Assembly (NCBI GenBank): GCA_944332395.1
Contig: CALVJV010000009.1
Span: 27,288 to 91,287, forward strand
DNA length: 64,000 nt
Direction of reading: 5' to 3'
Origin: an uncultured Clostridia bacterium
GTDB taxonomy: Bacteria > Bacillota > Clostridia > Christensenellales > UBA1242
Positions within the stretch are counted from its first letter, which is position 1. Each line of letters opens with the position of its first letter. The notes under the pieces were generated by a model that was not told where the DNA came from, made no database searches, and worked only from the letters and a program-made list of their open reading frames with translations. The position numbers were made by a program, and so were the translations under genes. Shown one piece after another: positions 51,522-60,366 of the stretch.

Positions 51522-52895
51522 TTATTTTACTCTTTTTGTAATATAATCAAGTAACTCATCTAAGTTAATTATTTCTTGCTTCATTGAATCTCTATCACGA
51601 ATGGTTACTGTATTGTTAGTTAAAGTATTTTCATCAATCGTAATACAAAAAGGTGTTCCGATTGCATCTTGTCTTCTATATCTTTTTCCAATTGTGCCCG
51701 TTTCGTCATAAACGGTTTTAAAAGAGCAAGAGAGCATTTTAAAGACTTGATGTGCCTTCTCAGCGTGAACTTTTTTTATCAGTGGAAGAACAGCTGCCTT
51801 AACAGGAGCAATATGCGGAGCAAAGTGCATTACTTCTCTAGTTTCTCCATCTGGCAATTGTTCATATCTTAATGCTTCACATAATATGGCTAAAACGGCC
51901 CTATCAGCTCCATATGAATTTTCGATTACGTTTGGAACAAATTTTTCGTTAGTTGTTGGATCAATATATTCTTGTTTTTTTCCAGAAAATTTTTGATGTT
52001 GTGTTAAATCGTAGTTGCTTCGGTTGTGTATTCCGTTTAATTCTTTCCAACCAATAGGGAAGTTATAGTAAACATCGCATGCTGCTTTTGCGTAAAAAAC
52101 AAGTTTATCATGATCGTGAAATTTTAATTGTGATTCGGGAATACCCATACCTACAAAGAAATCTTTAGAACGTTCTTTAAAATATTCATATGCTTTTTGT
52201 GCATCTTTTTCATGGCAAAACCACTGATATTCCATTTGTTCAAATTCAATCGTTCTAAATATAAAATTGCCTGGAGTGATTTCATTTCTAAACGCTTTTC
52301 CTATTTGTCCGATGCCGAAAGGTAATTTTTGTCGCATTGAACGTTGAACATTGAGAAAATTAACATATTCCCCTTGGCAAGTTTCTGGCCTTAAATAAAT
52401 TGTTGAACTATTGTCTTCAGTTACTCCGCGTTTAGTTGCGAACAATAAATTAAAATCTCTTATAGGTGTAAAATTGTGTTTTCCACAAATAGGACACGCC
52501 ACTTTGTGTTCTATTAAGTAATTTTGCATTTCTTCTTTTGTCATTAGGTCCGGATTTGCTTTTCCTTTTGAATGCTGTTCTATTAATTCATCAATTCTTA
52601 GTCGTGCTTTACATTCTTTACAATCAACCATTGGATCGGTGAACCCAGACAGATGTCCAGAAGCCTCCCAAACTTTTGGATTCATTAAAATTGCGGCATC
52701 TAAACCATGAGAGTTTTCATTTTCCCAGACAAATTTTTTCCACCAAAATTGTTTTATATTATTTTTTAATTCAACGCCCAATGGACCGTAATCCCATACA
52801 TTTGCAATTCCATCATAGATCTCGCTTCCTGGGAATAAAAATCCATAATTTTTACAATGCGAAACTATTTGTTGCATATTAGCTCTTGTTTCCAT
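51522..52895 (-). CDS. glyQS: glycine-tRNA ligase (homodimeric GlyQS type)
   Basis: METRANMQQIVSHCKNYGFLFPGSEIYDGIANVWDYGPLG and class II motifs (FRNEITPGNFIFRTIEFEQME, GADR). ATG 52895 is preferred because the upstream GTG overlaps the SD GAGGTG. Confidence 0.95.
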   Translation of the reverse strand: METRANMQQIVSHCKNYGFLFPGSEIYDGIANVWDYGPLGVELKNNIKQFWWKKFVWENENSHGLDAAILMNPKVWEASGHLSGFTDPMVDCKECKARLRIDELIEQHSKGKANPDLMTKEEMQNYLIEHKVACPICGKHNFTPIRDFNLLFATKRGVTEDNSSTIYLRPETCQGEYVNFLNVQRSMRQKLPFGIGQIGKAFRNEITPGNFIFRTIEFEQMEYQWFCHEKDAQKAYEYFKERSKDFFVGMGIPESQLKFHDHDKLVFYAKAACDVYYNFPIGWKELNGIHNRSNYDLTQHQKFSGKKQEYIDPTTNEKFVPNVIENSYGADRAVLAILCEALRYEQLPDGETREVMHFAPHIAPVKAAVLPLIKKVHAEKAHQVFKMLSCSFKTVYDETGTIGKRYRRQDAIGTPFCITIDENTLTNNTVTIRDRDSMKQEIINLDELLDYITKRVK

Positions 52896-52920
52896 ATTAC
52901 ACCTCACACTCTATTCGAGT

Positions 52921-52949
52921 AGTCTATCATTTATTGATGTTTTTGTCAA
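52921..52949 (-). promoter_or_regulatory. sigma-A type promoter for glyQS
   Basis: On the minus strand: TTGACA (52949-52944), 17 nt, TAGACT (52926-52921). The leader is only ~20 nt. Confidence 0.5.
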
Positions 52950-52969
52950 TCAATAGCTTTATTAAATAA

Positions 52970-52998
52970 TTGCAATTAATTTTAAATTATGGCATAAT
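52970..52998 (+). promoter_or_regulatory. sigma-A type promoter for the ABC transporter operon
   Basis: TTGCAA (52970-52975), 17 nt with TGg, CATAAT (52993-52998). SD AAGGTG lies before ATG 53017. Confidence 0.5.
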
Positions 52999-53016
52999 CT
53001 ATTTTAAGGTGTTGAT

Positions 53017-53694
53017 ATGTTAAGTCTAAAAAATATAAAAAAATATTATAAAATGGGAAACAACATTGTAAAAGCTTTAGACGATGTGTCTTTTGAAGTC
53101 AATGAGGGCGAATTTGTCGCAATTGTTGGACCAAGTGGTTCTGGTAAATCTACATTAATGAACATAATGGGTTGTTTAGACATTCCCACAGAAGGTCAAT
53201 ATTTTGTTGATGGCGTTAGTGTTAGTAGTTTTAAAGATAATGAGCTTGCTCATTTTAGAAATAAAAAAATAGGATTTATTTTTCAGGGCTTTAATTTATT
53301 ACCTAAATTGAATGCTTTTGAAAACGTTGAGTTGCCTTTAATTTATCAGGGAATAAAAAAGGCTGAACGGCAAAAAAGAGTGCGATGGGCTTTGGGACTG
53401 GTAGGGATTTCGGCTAGAGAGAAGCATTTGCCCACAGAACTTTCTGGCGGTCAACAACAAAGAGTTGCAATTGCAAGAGCTATTGCAACGCGCCCTTCAG
53501 TGATTTTAGCTGATGAACCAACTGGAAATTTAGACACTAAAACCGGAGAGGAAGTGCTGAATATTTTAAAAGAGCTTAATAAGTCAGGCACAACTATAGT
53601 TATGATTACTCATGATAATGGAATAGCTTCGCATGCAGAAAGAATTGTAAGAATTCTTGATGGAAAGCTTTTCGATGTAAAATCGAAAAATTAG
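53017..53694 (+). CDS. ABC transporter ATP-binding protein (MacB/LolD/FtsE type)
   Basis: Walker A GPSGSGKST, signature LSGGQQQRVAIARA, Walker B ILADEPTGNLD. Confidence 0.9.
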   Translation: MLSLKNIKKYYKMGNNIVKALDDVSFEVNEGEFVAIVGPSGSGKSTLMNIMGCLDIPTEGQYFVDGVSVSSFKDNELAHFRNKKIGFIFQGFNLLPKLNAFENVELPLIYQGIKKAERQKRVRWALGLVGISAREKHLPTELSGGQQQRVAIARAIATRPSVILADEPTGNLDTKTGEEVLNILKELNKSGTTIVMITHDNGIASHAERIVRILDGKLFDVKSKN

Positions 53695-53710
53695 TCTAGG
53701 AGGGGGATAG

Positions 53711-55474
53711 GTGAGTTTTGGTCAAGCTATAAAAATGGCATTTAAATCGTTAAAATCGAGCAAATTAAGAACTTTTTTAACAATGCTTGGCGTTATTATA
53801 GGTGTTTCTTGTGTTGCGCTTTTAACAACAATCACTAGCGGTGCCAAGGAATATATTGTTGGAACGTTGAAAAAAGAAAGTCAAGTTGTTAATTTGATGG
53901 TCACTAGTCAAACTAAAAATTTATCAAAACTTTCTTTTGATGAAATGGCTGCAGAAATTGACAAGGATATTACTGGTGATTTTATTTATACGTCTATGGC
54001 CCAGGGGTCTGCTGTTGCTATGGTTGATGATAAGTTCTTACAGATTCTAGGAGAGACTAACTTAAATTCACTTTATAAACGAACAATAGCGCTGGGAACC
54101 ACAGTTTTTGCTACAGATATATATTATGACGATGTTAGAAATATAGATATGGTTGGTAGATTTCTTGAACAGGGAGAAACCGATAAATGCACAATCAACC
54201 AAGAATTTTTGAATACTTATTATCCTAGTGGGACAAAGGCTGAATCGTTAATTGGTAGCACCATTAAGCTTTTTACTGATGCAAATCTAATTAGAGTTAG
54301 TTTTGAGTTGCCAAACAATGTTGATGCTGAATTTGTATTAGAATTATTTGATTTTTTAGTAAATATTAAAGTTAAGGGTGCGTTTTTATTTGGATCTGAA
54401 CTTTTGGGAACAAAAATTGTCGAAGTTGATGGGAAACAGAAGGTTGAGTTGGATGCAAATTGGTTTGAAAATTACTCTGGATTATATTTACAAAAAAACA
54501 TTAACAATGCATGGGGACTTTATATTGATTTTAGCTCATTTATTTTTACTGATGAAGATATATTAGAAGTTATTAACAACGCATTTGATTCGGAGACTGT
54601 TCCTATATATTTAAAAGATATAAAAGAAAACGTTGTAGTTAGTAATAAAAACCCACAAAATTATAAAACTTTTGAGATTGTGGGTGTAATTTTAAGCGAG
54701 TCTAACATGCTTAATAGTATGACTGATGTAAGTTTTATCACCCAACCTAACTTGGTTGAAATAATGCGAAGAATGGATAAAGGATCAGTTGGCATTTTGC
54801 TTAGTCAAGAAAATATGCAATTTATTAGTTCAGGCTCCTTTGTGTTAGATACAAAAGGAGATACCACGGCCGAACAACTGACACCCTCAACATATTCTGG
54901 CATTAGTTATCCATCTGTGAATAATGCTTCTATATCAATTGGATTGTTTAGATTTGATGACGAAAAAAAAGTTGAGGCAGGAGTTGCGCAGATTATGTCT
55001 GCTATGGTTACAAAGGGATTTACACCAGATTCGTTTTTGGTGGTATCAATGAACACAATTGCAGATATGATTTCAATGATTATGAATATAATGACAATTA
55101 TGCTTTCTGTTATAGCAGGAATTTCGTTAGTTGTTGGTGGAATTGGAATAATGAATATTATGTTAGTAACAGTTTCCGAAAGGACTCGCGAAATTGGGAT
55201 TAGAAAGGCCATTGGTGCAAAAAAGTCGGCAATATTATGGCAATTTTTAGTTGAAGCACTTGTTGTTACTTTAATTGGTGGAATAATTGGAATATTGATA
55301 TCATTAATTGGAACTCTTATTGTTGGAAGTTTTATGGGTATAAAACTTATTATGCCTTTATGGGTTTTTGCTTTATCTGTTGGATTCTCTTTGATTGTTG
55401 GTATTGTTTTTGGAATGTATCCTGCAATAAAAGCGGCCAAAATGCACCCAATTGATGCTTTGCGTCATGATTAA
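53711..55474 (+). CDS. ABC transporter permease, FtsX/MacB-type with enlarged extracytoplasmic domain
   Basis: GTG start after SD AGGAGGGGG. TM1 at about residues 19-41 and three C-terminal TMs with the FtsX-domain motif [16 protein letters not shown]. About 400 aa lie between TM1 and TM2. Confidence 0.85.
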   Translation: MSFGQAIKMAFKSLKSSKLRTFLTMLGVIIGVSCVALLTTITSGAKEYIVGTLKKESQVVNLMVTSQTKNLSKLSFDEMAAEIDKDITGDFIYTSMAQGSAVAMVDDKFLQILGETNLNSLYKRTIALGTTVFATDIYYDDVRNIDMVGRFLEQGETDKCTINQEFLNTYYPSGTKAESLIGSTIKLFTDANLIRVSFELPNNVDAEFVLELFDFLVNIKVKGAFLFGSELLGTKIVEVDGKQKVELDANWFENYSGLYLQKNINNAWGLYIDFSSFIFTDEDILEVINNAFDSETVPIYLKDIKENVVVSNKNPQNYKTFEIVGVILSESNMLNSMTDVSFITQPNLVEIMRRMDKGSVGILLSQENMQFISSGSFVLDTKGDTTAEQLTPSTYSGISYPSVNNASISIGLFRFDDEKKVEAGVAQIMSAMVTKGFTPDSFLVVSMNTIADMISMIMNIMTIMLSVIAGISLVVGGIGIMNIMLVTVSERTREIGIRKAIGAKKSAILWQFLVEALVVTLIGGIIGILISLIGTLIVGSFMGIKLIMPLWVFALSVGFSLIVGIVFGMYPAIKAAKMHPIDALRHD

Positions 55475-55521
55475 ATGTTTTTTTACTTGTTTTTTTGAAT
55501 CTATTGGATATAATATGTTTA

Positions 55522-57480
55522 ATGAAGTTTAAAATTGTTTCAAACAAGAAGCCAACCGGAGATCAACCAAAAGCCATAAAATCTTTAGTCCAGGGCGTTC
55601 GTGATGGGTTAAGGACTCAAGTTTTGCTTGGTGTGACAGGTAGTGGAAAAACGTTCACAATGGCCAATATTATAGAACAATTAGGCAGGCCTGCATTAAT
55701 TATTGCGCATAATAAGACGCTTGCAGCTCAACTTTGCAATGAGTTTAAAGAGTTGTTCCCAAACAATTCAGTTAATTATTTTGTTTCATATTATGATTAT
55801 TATCAACCGGAGGCCTATATTGTTTCTTCGGATACATATATAGAAAAAGAATTGCAATTAAACGAAGAAATAGACAAACTTAGGCATTCTGCAACCTGTT
55901 CTTTATTTGAAAGAAATGATGTAATTATAGTGGCAAGTGTTTCTTGTATTTATGGCCTTGGTGAGCCTAAAGAATATCGTGCACAGGCGATTTCACTAAG
56001 ACCCAAAATGCAAGTAAGACGAGATGATGTTATAAGAAAATTAATTGATATTCAATATAAAAGAAATGATATTGAATTTTCTAGGGGAACTTTTAGGGTT
56101 AAAGGAGATGTTTTGGACATATTCCCATCATATTCTTCAGAAAACATTATTAGAATTGAGTTTTTTGATAATGAAATTGAGCAAATTAGTGAAATAGAAG
56201 CTATCTCTGGTAAGAAATTAGCAACATTTGAACATCAAGTAATATTTCCTGCTACGCATTATGTTGTTGATCCTAGTAAGATGGAAGAAACCTTAAATAT
56301 TATTAAACAAGATTTAGATAAACAAGTGAATCTTTTAACGGCAAAAGGATCTATACTCGAAGCTGAAAGATTAAAGCAAAGAGTTAATTATGATATTGAA
56401 ATGATGTCCGAAATGGGGTATTGTAGTGGAATTGAAAATTATTCAAGATATTTTGATGGAAGAAACCCAGGGGAGCCTCCTTATACGCTATTAGATTATT
56501 TTCCTGATGATTTTATAATGTTTATTGATGAAAGTCACATGACAATACCTCAAATAAGAGCTATGTTTAATGGAGATAGGGCTCGCAAAGACAATCTTGT
56601 TGATTATGGATTTAGATTGCCTAGTGCCTATGATAATAGACCATTAACTTTTGAGGAATTTGAAAAAAAGTTTTCGCAGCTAATTTGTGTTTCCGCAACG
56701 CCCGGAAATTATGAGAAGGAACATGCCGACAACATTGTTGAACAAATAATAAGGCCTACTGGCTTGCTGGATCCCATAATAGAAGTCAAACCAACAAAAG
56801 GTCAAATTGAGGATCTTATTAAAGAAATTGCAGATGTTGTTACAGATGGTGGTAGGGTTTTAGTCACTACTTTGACAAAAAAATTAGCTGAAAGTTTGAC
56901 AACATTTTTATCTGATAAAAAAATAAAAGTGGCATATTTACATAGCGAAATAAAGACTCTAGAGCGTATGGACATTATAAATCAATTAAGGAAGGGAGAA
57001 AAAGATGTTTTAATTGGGATTAATCTTTTAAGAGAGGGTTTGGATATTCCAGAAGTGCAACTTGTATCTATTTTAGATGCCGATAAAGAAGGTTTTTTAA
57101 GGAGTGAAGGGGCATTAATTCAAACAATTGGAAGAGCTGCTAGGAATGCGAAAGGAAGAGTTATTATGTATGCAGACTCGTTGACTGAGTCTATGAGAAA
57201 GGCTATTGAAGAGACTAATAGACGTCGCAAAATTCAAATGGAATACAATAAAAAGCATGGAATTATTCCTAAAACAATTATTAAAAACATTCAAGATACT
57301 ATTTCTATAAAAAAGAAAATTGTTTTAACTGATGATATTAGCATAGATTCTGTGCCAAAACAGATTGATAAATTAAAAACTGAAATGCGTATTGCTGTAA
57401 AAAATTTGGATTTTGAAAAGGCTATTGAAATAAGGGATAATATAGCTGTTTTAGAGAAAAAATTACAAAGAGGTAATTAA
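55522..57480 (+). CDS. uvrB: excinuclease ABC subunit B
   Basis: [27 protein letters not shown], the DESH box and the C-terminal UVR domain. ATG 55522 is preferred over TTG 55495. Confidence 0.95.
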   Translation: MKFKIVSNKKPTGDQPKAIKSLVQGVRDGLRTQVLLGVTGSGKTFTMANIIEQLGRPALIIAHNKTLAAQLCNEFKELFPNNSVNYFVSYYDYYQPEAYIVSSDTYIEKELQLNEEIDKLRHSATCSLFERNDVIIVASVSCIYGLGEPKEYRAQAISLRPKMQVRRDDVIRKLIDIQYKRNDIEFSRGTFRVKGDVLDIFPSYSSENIIRIEFFDNEIEQISEIEAISGKKLATFEHQVIFPATHYVVDPSKMEETLNIIKQDLDKQVNLLTAKGSILEAERLKQRVNYDIEMMSEMGYCSGIENYSRYFDGRNPGEPPYTLLDYFPDDFIMFIDESHMTIPQIRAMFNGDRARKDNLVDYGFRLPSAYDNRPLTFEEFEKKFSQLICVSATPGNYEKEHADNIVEQIIRPTGLLDPIIEVKPTKGQIEDLIKEIADVVTDGGRVLVTTLTKKLAESLTTFLSDKKIKVAYLHSEIKTLERMDIINQLRKGEKDVLIGINLLREGLDIPEVQLVSILDADKEGFLRSEGALIQTIGRAARNAKGRVIMYADSLTESMRKAIEETNRRRKIQMEYNKKHGIIPKTIIKNIQDTISIKKKIVLTDDISIDSVPKQIDKLKTEMRIAVKNLDFEKAIEIRDNIAVLEKKLQRGN

Positions 57481-60291
57481 ATGAGAGATAAAATAATTAT
57501 ACATGGGGCAAAAGAAAACAATTTAAAAAATATTAGTTTAGAATTGCCTAGAAACAAATTTATTGTTTTTACGGGTCTATCTGGTTCTGGAAAGACCAGT
57601 TTGGCTTTTGATACATTATTTGCGGAAGGCCAGAGAAGATATATGGAAAGTTTGTCAAGTTATGCTAGGCAATTTTTAGGACAAATGAAGAAACCAGATG
57701 TCGATTCTATTGAAGGGCTTTCGCCGGCTATTGCAATTGATCAAAAAACGACTAGTGTTAATCCGCGATCTACTGTTGGAACCATAACTGAAATACATGA
57801 TTATTTAAGGCTATTGTTTTCGCATATTGGCACGCCATATTGTCCTTATTGTAACAAAGAAATACAATCATTAAGTGTTGATGCTATAGTAGAAAAGATT
57901 TTAGCTAAGCCAAACATGAAAATCTTGATTATAGCTCCAGTAATTAGGGGGAAAAAGGGCGAGCACAAAAAATTAATTGAGAGTTTTTTAAAGTCCGGTT
58001 ATGTTAGAGTTAAAATTGATAAAATCGTTTATTCAATAACTGAAATTCCTGAGTTGGAAAGAAATCAAAAACATGATATTTCTGTAGTTGTTGATAGGTT
58101 GATTTCTAGAGAAGATAATAGAAGCCGAATAGCTGAATCGGTGGAAAATGCCTTGCGTATATCAGGTGGGTTAGTGGTAATTGATTTTGAAGGAGAAGAA
58201 ATTACATTTTCTTCCAATTTTTCTTGTCCGGATTGCGGATTTGCGTTCGATGAAATTGCTCCACGGTTGTTTTCATTTAATACACCATATGGTGCTTGTT
58301 TGGAGTGCTCTGGCCTAGGATATAAGAAAGAAATATCAGTTGACAAACTAATACCCGACAGAACAAAATCTATTGCAGAAGGTGCAATTCATGGTTGGGG
58401 TTGGGGCGACGGGGCAATGAGTAATATGTATTATAAGGCGTTGGCGAGAAAATATAACTTTTCGCTTAATACTCCAATAATTAAATTACCTCCAAATATT
58501 TTAGATATATTATTATTTGGAACTAAAGGTGAAAAAATTGAATTGAAATTTCATAGTTCTAGTTTTAAAACTGAATATATGGGCCAGTTTGAAGGAATTA
58601 TTCCAAATTTGTTAAGAAGATATAAAGAAACGACTAGTGAGTTTGCAAAATCAGAGATAGAGAAACTTATGATAGAGCGTAGATGTCCAGAATGCAATGG
58701 CACAAGATACAATAAAAAAGCGCTATCAGTAAAAATATCAGGATTGAATATTGCTGAAGTATCTGATTTAACTATTTTAGAACTCAAGAATTGGATTGAG
58801 AATTTAAATTTATCAAAGCTTCAATTAAAAATTGGTAATAGCATAATAAAAGAAATTTTGTCTAGAGTAAAATTTTTATTTGATGTTGGATTAGGATATT
58901 TAACTTTATCAAGAAGTGCAAATACTCTTTCAGGTGGAGAGGCGCAGCGTATTAGATTAGCCACTCAAATTGGAAGCGCATTGACTGGCGTTTTGTATAT
59001 TTTAGATGAACCAAGTATTGGGCTACATCCAAGAGATACAAAAAAATTGATAAAAACTCTAAAAAGTTTAAGAGATCAGGGAAATACAGTAATTGTGGTA
59101 GAGCATGATGAAGATACAATAAAAGCTGCAGATTATATTGTGGATGTTGGTCCAAAGGCGGGCGTTCACGGAGGCGAAATCGTTGTTGCTGGTACATTAA
59201 ATGATGTTGTAACATGTGAGAAATCAATCACTGGTGCATATATTTCTGGCAAAAGAAAAATTCAGGTGCCTAGCAAAAGAAGAAACACAAACAACAATTG
59301 GTTGAATATTTATGGATGTAAAGAAAACAATTTAAAAAATATTGATGTTTCTATTCCATTAGGTGTGTTTTGTGTGATTACAGGAGTTTCTGGTAGTGGG
59401 AAAAGCACTTTAATTAATGGTATTGTTGGGCCTGCGGTTACAAATATATTAAACGGAACCAATAATATAGTCGGCGAATATAAAAAAATTGAAGGTGTTA
59501 AATATTTAGATAAGATTGTAGAAATTGATCAAGCTCCAATTGGTAGAACTCCAAGATCAAATCCAGCCACATACACTGGTGTTTTTACATTTATTAGAGA
59601 ACTTTTTGCCTCTACTCCTGAGGCAAAAGCAAAAGGATTTAATGCTGGACGCTTTTCTTTTAATGTGAAAGGAGGCAGATGTGAAACTTGTGGTGGAGAT
59701 GGGGTCCATAAAATTGAAATGCATTTTTTGCCTGATGTTTATGTTGAATGTGAAGAATGTAAAGGGAAAAGATATAATCACGAGACATTAGAAATTAAAT
59801 ATAAAGGAGCTAGTATTGCAGATGTTCTTGATATGACCGTTGAAAAATCGTTAAAATTTTTTGAAAATCATTCTAAAATAAAAAATAAAATACAAGCTCT
59901 TTATGATGTTGGGCTTGGATATATTAAATTGGGGCAACCAGCAACGACTCTTTCGGGTGGTGAGGCTCAGAGAGTAAAATTAGCTACTGAGTTGGCAAAA
60001 AAGGCGACAGGAAAAACTTTATATTTACTTGATGAACCCACAACTGGTTTGCATTCTTATGATGTTGAAAAATTAATTTCCATATTGCAACGATTGGTTT
60101 CATCTGGGAATAGTGTTGTTGTTATTGAACATAATTTAGATGTAATTAGTTGTGCTGATTACTGCATAGATCTTGGACCAGAAGGTGGAGAAAATGGTGG
60201 CATTATTGTGGCTCAAGGAACACCAGAACAAATTGCTAAAGAAAATAGTAGTGAGACTGGAAAAATCCTCGCTAAATTGTATCAGATATAA
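57481..60291 (+). CDS. uvrA: excinuclease ABC subunit A
   Basis: Two ABC modules (GLSGSGKTSL / GVSGSGKSTL, with LSGGEAQR twice) and Zn-finger Cys pairs. The start codon abuts the uvrB stop. Confidence 0.96.
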   Translation: MRDKIIIHGAKENNLKNISLELPRNKFIVFTGLSGSGKTSLAFDTLFAEGQRRYMESLSSYARQFLGQMKKPDVDSIEGLSPAIAIDQKTTSVNPRSTVGTITEIHDYLRLLFSHIGTPYCPYCNKEIQSLSVDAIVEKILAKPNMKILIIAPVIRGKKGEHKKLIESFLKSGYVRVKIDKIVYSITEIPELERNQKHDISVVVDRLISREDNRSRIAESVENALRISGGLVVIDFEGEEITFSSNFSCPDCGFAFDEIAPRLFSFNTPYGACLECSGLGYKKEISVDKLIPDRTKSIAEGAIHGWGWGDGAMSNMYYKALARKYNFSLNTPIIKLPPNILDILLFGTKGEKIELKFHSSSFKTEYMGQFEGIIPNLLRRYKETTSEFAKSEIEKLMIERRCPECNGTRYNKKALSVKISGLNIAEVSDLTILELKNWIENLNLSKLQLKIGNSIIKEILSRVKFLFDVGLGYLTLSRSANTLSGGEAQRIRLATQIGSALTGVLYILDEPSIGLHPRDTKKLIKTLKSLRDQGNTVIVVEHDEDTIKAADYIVDVGPKAGVHGGEIVVAGTLNDVVTCEKSITGAYISGKRKIQVPSKRRNTNNNWLNIYGCKENNLKNIDVSIPLGVFCVITGVSGSGKSTLINGIVGPAVTNILNGTNNIVGEYKKIEGVKYLDKIVEIDQAPIGRTPRSNPATYTGVFTFIRELFASTPEAKAKGFNAGRFSFNVKGGRCETCGGDGVHKIEMHFLPDVYVECEECKGKRYNHETLEIKYKGASIADVLDMTVEKSLKFFENHSKIKNKIQALYDVGLGYIKLGQPATTLSGGEAQRVKLATELAKKATGKTLYLLDEPTTGLHSYDVEKLISILQRLVSSGNSVVVIEHNLDVISCADYCIDLGPEGGENGGIIVAQGTPEQIAKENSSETGKILAKLYQI

Positions 60292-60339
60292 AATCATAAC
60301 ATATAAGTGAAATTGTATGTGTTTAGATAATTAAAAAAT

Positions 60340-60366
60340 AAAGAGCAGTTTTAACCGCTCTTTATT
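60340..60366. terminator. bidirectional hairpin between uvrA and the convergent surface protein gene
   Basis: AAAGAGCAG ... CCGCTCTTT imperfect hairpin with A-run and T-run flanks. Confidence 0.5.

Noticed and set aside
51344-51541. 65-aa hydrophobic ORF between the phosphorylase remnant and glyQS
   Set aside because: It contains the bidirectional terminator hairpin (51439-51473) and overlaps the glyQS 3' end. It is Phe/Leu/Ile-rich as expected from translating T-rich DNA, and it has no SD.
52896-53016. Expected glycine T-box leader upstream of glyQS
   Set aside because: Only ~120 nt separate glyQS from the divergent ABC gene, and a consensus promoter leaves a ~20-nt leader. There is no room for a T-box and I saw no T-box sequence.
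55475-55521. LexA (Cheo box, GAAC-N4-GTTC type) operator upstream of uvrB
   Set aside because: No such palindrome is present in the 47-nt intergenic region.
57511-59343. Perfect 24-nt repeat AAAGAAAACAATTTAAAAAATATT at 57511-57534 and 59320-59343
   Set aside because: Both copies encode the KENNLKNI motif at the start of the two ancient ABC halves of UvrA. Identity is explained by the conserved peptide plus strong AT-biased codon choice, not by a mobile or recombinogenic repeat.
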